NCBI GenBank assembly: GCA_963816185.1
Contig: CAWFJJ010000029.1
Location: 292,974-356,973, forward strand
Direction: 5' to 3'
Length of the DNA stretch: 64,000 nucleotides
DNA from: Thermoanaerobaculia bacterium
Lineage (GTDB): Bacteria; Acidobacteriota; Thermoanaerobaculia; UBA5066
Shown: piece after piece, positions 58,540 through 64,000 of the stretch
How the letters are laid out: each line of letters begins with the position of its first letter
Numbering within the stretch: the first letter of the stretch is position 1
Notes under the pieces: generated by a model
The model's database searches: none
What the model was told of the DNA's origin: nothing
What the model saw: only the letters and a program-made list of their open reading frames with translations
Translations under genes and position numbers: made by a program

Positions 58540-60435
58540 CTAGTTCGTCCGCGCTCTCGTGGAGCCCGCCGGGTGCGCGGCGAGCGCCGCGAGGAGCTCG
58601 GGCGTCCCGCCGCGGCACTTCGCGACCCAGTATTCCGCGAGGCGCGCCGCGAGAGGAGCGGCGGCCGACCCTCCATGCTCACCGTGCTCCACGAAGACGA
58701 CGACGACGATTTTCGGGTCGTCCCGCGGAGCGAAGCTCGCGAACCAGCCGTGATCGCGCAGCTGCATGGGAAGGAAGTGGCCCCTCCTGGCTTCCTTTTG
58801 CCCCACGACCTGGACGGAACCGGTCTTGCCGCAGAGATCCAGCCCGGCGACGCGCGAAGAGTACGCGGTCCCGCCGGGCATGTTCACGACGCGCCAGAGA
58901 CCCTCGACGATCGTCTCGCGCACGCCCGGGGGGTACGGAATCGACTCCTTCGACTCGGGACGGTAGACGAAGCGCTCGCCCGTGCGCACGTTCTCGCCGA
59001 TGTGGAAGAGGTGCGGAGTCGGAAGGGCTCCGTCCGCGTTCGCAATACCGGACATGGCGCGTGCGACCTGCAGCGCGGACACGAGGACGGGCCCCTGGCC
59101 GATCGCGACGGAGATCGTCTCGCCGAGATACCACGGGTGCTTGCGGGCTGCGAGGCTCCAGGCGGGCGAAGGCACGATGCCGCTCTTTTCGCTGGAAAGG
59201 TCGATGCCGGTCGGTCGCCCGAAGCCGAAGAGCCCCGCCGCCCCGGCGATCGCGTCGATCCCGAGCCGCTTGCCCATCGTGTAGAAGTACGTATCGCAGG
59301 ACTCCTGAAGAGCCGTTACGAGGTCCACGGATCCGTGATGGCTGTGACAGCGGAAGAAGCGCCCGTAGAACGTGGCGCCGCCCGGACAGAACACGCGCTC
59401 TTTGGGGTCGATCCCGTGCGTGAGGATCGCGTATGCCATGTAGGGCTTCCAGATGGAGCCCGGCGAGTACACGTTTTGCAGCGCGCGGTTGTTGAGCGGG
59501 TGCTCCGGGTCCGCGACGATGCCTTCCCATTCGGGGCGGCTCACGCGCTTCGTGAAGAAGTTCGGGTCGTACTCGGGAGCGGAAAGAAGCGCGAGGATCT
59601 CGCCGGTCTTCGGGTCGAGCGCCACGACCGAGCCGACCTTGTCGGCGAAATAGTCCTCGGCGATCTTCTGGAGCTGAAGGTCGATCGTCAGCCGCAGCGT
59701 GTTCCCGGGCGACGGCGACTCCTCCCCGATTTTTCCGACCTCGCGGCCGAATGAATCGATGACGTACGTGCGCGAGCCCGAGAGCCCGGCGAGAAGGTCC
59801 TGATACGTCGCCTCGACGCCCTGCTGACCGATCGCCTCGCCGGGGCGCGGAGGATTCGTATCGAGGGGGCGCGCTTTCGTGCGCGCGGCCACCTGCTCGG
59901 CCGTGGCCTCGCCGAGGTGGCCCAGGAGATGAGCCGCCGCGGTGCCTTGCGTGTATACCCGGCGCTCGGTCTTCTGGACGACGAGCTCCGGATGCTCGAG
60001 CGAACGCGCCTGGACGGCGCCGACCTCGGAGATCGTGAGGTTCTCCTGGAGAACGACGGGCACGAAGTCGTAGTACGAGCGATCGCGTTCGACGCGGTGT
60101 TTGAGGTCGTCGAACGGGCGGTTGAAGAGCTCGGCGACGAAACGAAGAGAGGCATCGAGATCCTTAGTCTCACGACGGAACAGCAGAAGCGTGAAGGAGG
60201 GTTCGTTCTCGGCGAGAACGACGCCGTTGCGGTCGAGGATGAAACCCCGCGGCGCCGTGACGGGCACGCGGCGCAAGCGGTTGTTCTCGGCCTGGCGCTC
60301 GTAGGACTCGCCTCGGAGCACCTGATGGACCCAGTACACGCCGGCCAGAAGGCCGATGAGAACCCACGTGCCCCGCACGATGATGTCGATGCGCGAGAGA
60401 ACGGGACGGCGGTCTTCGCGGGCGCTGGCTGCCAT
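58540..60435 (-). CDS. mrdA: Penicillin-binding protein 2 (elongasome transpeptidase)
   Basis: N-terminal anchor, dimerisation domain, transpeptidase motifs SIWK (SxxK) and KTGS (KTG). Its position between mreD and rodA supports the call. Confidence 0.9.
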   Translation of the reverse strand: MAASAREDRRPVLSRIDIIVRGTWVLIGLLAGVYWVHQVLRGESYERQAENNRLRRVPVTAPRGFILDRNGVVLAENEPSFTLLLFRRETKDLDASLRFVAELFNRPFDDLKHRVERDRSYYDFVPVVLQENLTISEVGAVQARSLEHPELVVQKTERRVYTQGTAAAHLLGHLGEATAEQVAARTKARPLDTNPPRPGEAIGQQGVEATYQDLLAGLSGSRTYVIDSFGREVGKIGEESPSPGNTLRLTIDLQLQKIAEDYFADKVGSVVALDPKTGEILALLSAPEYDPNFFTKRVSRPEWEGIVADPEHPLNNRALQNVYSPGSIWKPYMAYAILTHGIDPKERVFCPGGATFYGRFFRCHSHHGSVDLVTALQESCDTYFYTMGKRLGIDAIAGAAGLFGFGRPTGIDLSSEKSGIVPSPAWSLAARKHPWYLGETISVAIGQGPVLVSALQVARAMSGIANADGALPTPHLFHIGENVRTGERFVYRPESKESIPYPPGVRETIVEGLWRVVNMPGGTAYSSRVAGLDLCGKTGSVQVVGQKEARRGHFLPMQLRDHGWFASFAPRDDPKIVVVVFVEHGEHGGSAAAPLAARLAEYWVAKCRGGTPELLAALAAHPAGSTRARTN

Positions 60436-60938
60436 CAGCCGAGCCTCACGCGCCGGCGCGCGGCGCGCCGCTCTTTCCAGGGGATGCGCGACGCCGCGTA
60501 GAGCAGGCCGCCGAGCCCTCCCGTCGTCGCGGCGCGCGCGACGAGCCGCCAGGGATCGGGCGGAAGAAGCTCGCCGGTGAGCACCCAGATCAGAAGGGTG
60601 AGCGTCGCGGCCTCCACGACCACGGCGCCCGCGAGGAGGCCGCCGACGGCCAGCGGCTTCTCGACCACGGTGCGCGCGCCCACCGTGGCGAGGAGATATC
60701 CGATCAGGATCTTCGAGAACGCGTAGAGGCCGAGCAGCCTGCCGGGCCCGAAGAGGCCATCCTGGAGAAGGCCGGCCGGAAGAGCGGCCAGCATCGCCGG
60801 CACGGCGGTTCCGCCGCGCGCCATGTCCGCGACGACGAGAAGGAAGAGGTCCGGAGGGGCCGGCATGTGGATCGCGCCGAGCGCGAGCGTCATGAGGACC
60901 GCGAGAGAGAGCCCGACGGCGACGCGGAGAGGCTTCAC
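60435..60938 (-). CDS. mreD: Rod shape-determining protein MreD
   Basis: 167-aa polytopic membrane protein between mreC and mrdA. TGATG coupling to mrdA. Confidence 0.75.
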   Translation of the reverse strand: MKPLRVAVGLSLAVLMTLALGAIHMPAPPDLFLLVVADMARGGTAVPAMLAALPAGLLQDGLFGPGRLLGLYAFSKILIGYLLATVGARTVVEKPLAVGGLLAGAVVVEAATLTLLIWVLTGELLPPDPWRLVARAATTGGLGGLLYAASRIPWKERRAARRRVRLG

Positions 60939-60954
60939 AGGGCGCGCCTCCCGC

Positions 60955-61824
60955 TCAGTGTCGGTCCGCCACGGCGTGGCCCGAGGTGACGTCGGATTTC
61001 CTCACCGGAGGCAGGACGAACACGAGAGATTCGCCATGGGGATCGGCCGCGGCCGAGACCTGGATCTCCCAGAAGAGCGTCTTGTTGCGGCGGACCGATG
61101 CGACGCGGCCGACCGGGAGCCCGCCGGGGTAGACGCCGTCCGTGCCCGAGGAGACGACCGCATCGTTCGATTCGACGGGCTCGATCGTCGGCACGTACTC
61201 GACCGACACGCTTTCTTTCCCGTCGCCTCTCGCCACGGCCGCTCGTCCGCCGCTCGTCCCGTGCCTCAGGAGCACGCCCACGGCCGCCGTGTTGTCGGAG
61301 AGGAGCTGCACGCGCGCGGTCCGGGGGCCGAGGGCGATGACGCGGCCCAGGAGCCCGCCTCTTGCGAGGACGACACCGTCGAGCCGGAGGCCGTCAGACG
61401 CGCCGCGGTCGAGGAGCGCGGTGCGGAAGGGCCCGCTCGACTCCACGGCGATGAGCCGCGCGGGGATCGTTCCGGGCGGCGGTGACGGCTGCTCGCCGAA
61501 GAGCTCGAGGAGGCGCCCCTTGTCCTCTTCGGCGTCGCGCAAGCGGAGAAGCTCCCCGCGGAGCTGCTCGACCTCGGCGGTCAGCGCGCGATTCTCGACG
61601 CGCAGCGCGCGCCGCGACGCCGCCCAGGTCCCGACTTCCTGAAGACCGGAGCGCACGGACGTGACGAGGTCGACGAACGGGGAGACGGCCGTGAGGAGCC
61701 AGCTCTCACCTACGGTGCGTCCGCCGGGCCGGCGCACCTGAAGCGACAATGTGACGAGACACAGAGAGAGAAGCACCGCGAGGAAGATTTCGGGGCGGCG
61801 TTCGGCGAGAGTCGGGGCGGCCAC
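60955..61824 (-). CDS. mreC: Rod shape-determining protein MreC
   Basis: N-terminal anchor, coiled coil (LRVENRALTAEVEQLRGELLRLR), C-terminal beta domains (GLPVGRV). Confidence 0.85.
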   Translation of the reverse strand: MAAPTLAERRPEIFLAVLLSLCLVTLSLQVRRPGGRTVGESWLLTAVSPFVDLVTSVRSGLQEVGTWAASRRALRVENRALTAEVEQLRGELLRLRDAEEDKGRLLELFGEQPSPPPGTIPARLIAVESSGPFRTALLDRGASDGLRLDGVVLARGGLLGRVIALGPRTARVQLLSDNTAAVGVLLRHGTSGGRAAVARGDGKESVSVEYVPTIEPVESNDAVVSSGTDGVYPGGLPVGRVASVRRNKTLFWEIQVSAAADPHGESLVFVLPPVRKSDVTSGHAVADRH

Positions 61825-61829
61825 GGGCG

Positions 61830-64000
<2,171 letters not shown>

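Overview
High-GC (by eye about 68-70%) bacterial chromosomal window. The phylum cannot be assigned from sequence alone; the gene content is compatible with Acidobacteriota- or Myxococcota-like organisms. The ORF track shows many long antisense shadow ORFs typical of high GC. I called genes by recognisable family motifs, signal peptides, SD sequences and ATGA/GTGA coupling.

Gene order:
- 0.1-4.6 kb (minus): tolC-like / HlyD / DHA2-MFS efflux operon plus a lipoprotein.
- 4.6-8 kb: aldehyde dehydrogenase, class II aldolase, second MFS transporter.
- 8-13.5 kb: secreted and hypothetical proteins, an HExxH peptidase-like protein, a BLUF photoreceptor, a GT-C glycosyltransferase.
- 13.6-16.7 kb: multi-PAS hybrid histidine kinase.
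- 16.7-21.6 kb: Zn-ADH, methyltransferase, and a minus-strand operon pheA / DAHP synthase / acyl-ACP thioesterase.
- 21.6-24.8 kb: LytS/LytTR two-component pair, CpxP-like protein, DinB-like protein.
- 24.9-25.1 kb: tRNA-His(GTG) and tRNA-Arg(CCG).
- 25.06-25.9 kb: 430-bp tandem duplication directly abutting tRNA-Arg.
- 25.7-29 kb: secreted fibre protein with a Peptidase_S74-type C-terminal chaperone, a CBM-like protein with a C-terminal sorting tail, and a lower-GC patch.
- 29.1-51.4 kb: signalling supercluster. It holds STAS-like/PAS-HK/NarL-RR, a single-domain receiver, PAS-HK/NtrC-type sigma-54 activator, an Hcp-like remnant, two paralogous UAS + sigma-54 promoter modules, an operon of two DUF4388 proteins and a coiled-coil GAF protein, and a chemosensory operon (cheY, cc-GAF, cheD, split cheA, Cache-like, 3 MCPs, cheW, cheR, cheB). 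A second paralogous receiver closes the block.
- 51.5-64 kb: PT-rich lipoprotein, aminotransferase, lon, and on the minus strand rng, rodA, mrdA, mreD, mreC, mreB, plus a partial FecR-like gene.

Most notable observations:
- The sigma-54/DUF4388/GAF/Che supercluster with duplicated regulatory modules.
- At least 13 reading-frame disruptions confined to 35.7-46.5 kb.
- The tRNA-adjacent tandem duplication with a sharp identity step.

No CRISPR array, transposase, integrase or rRNA was seen.
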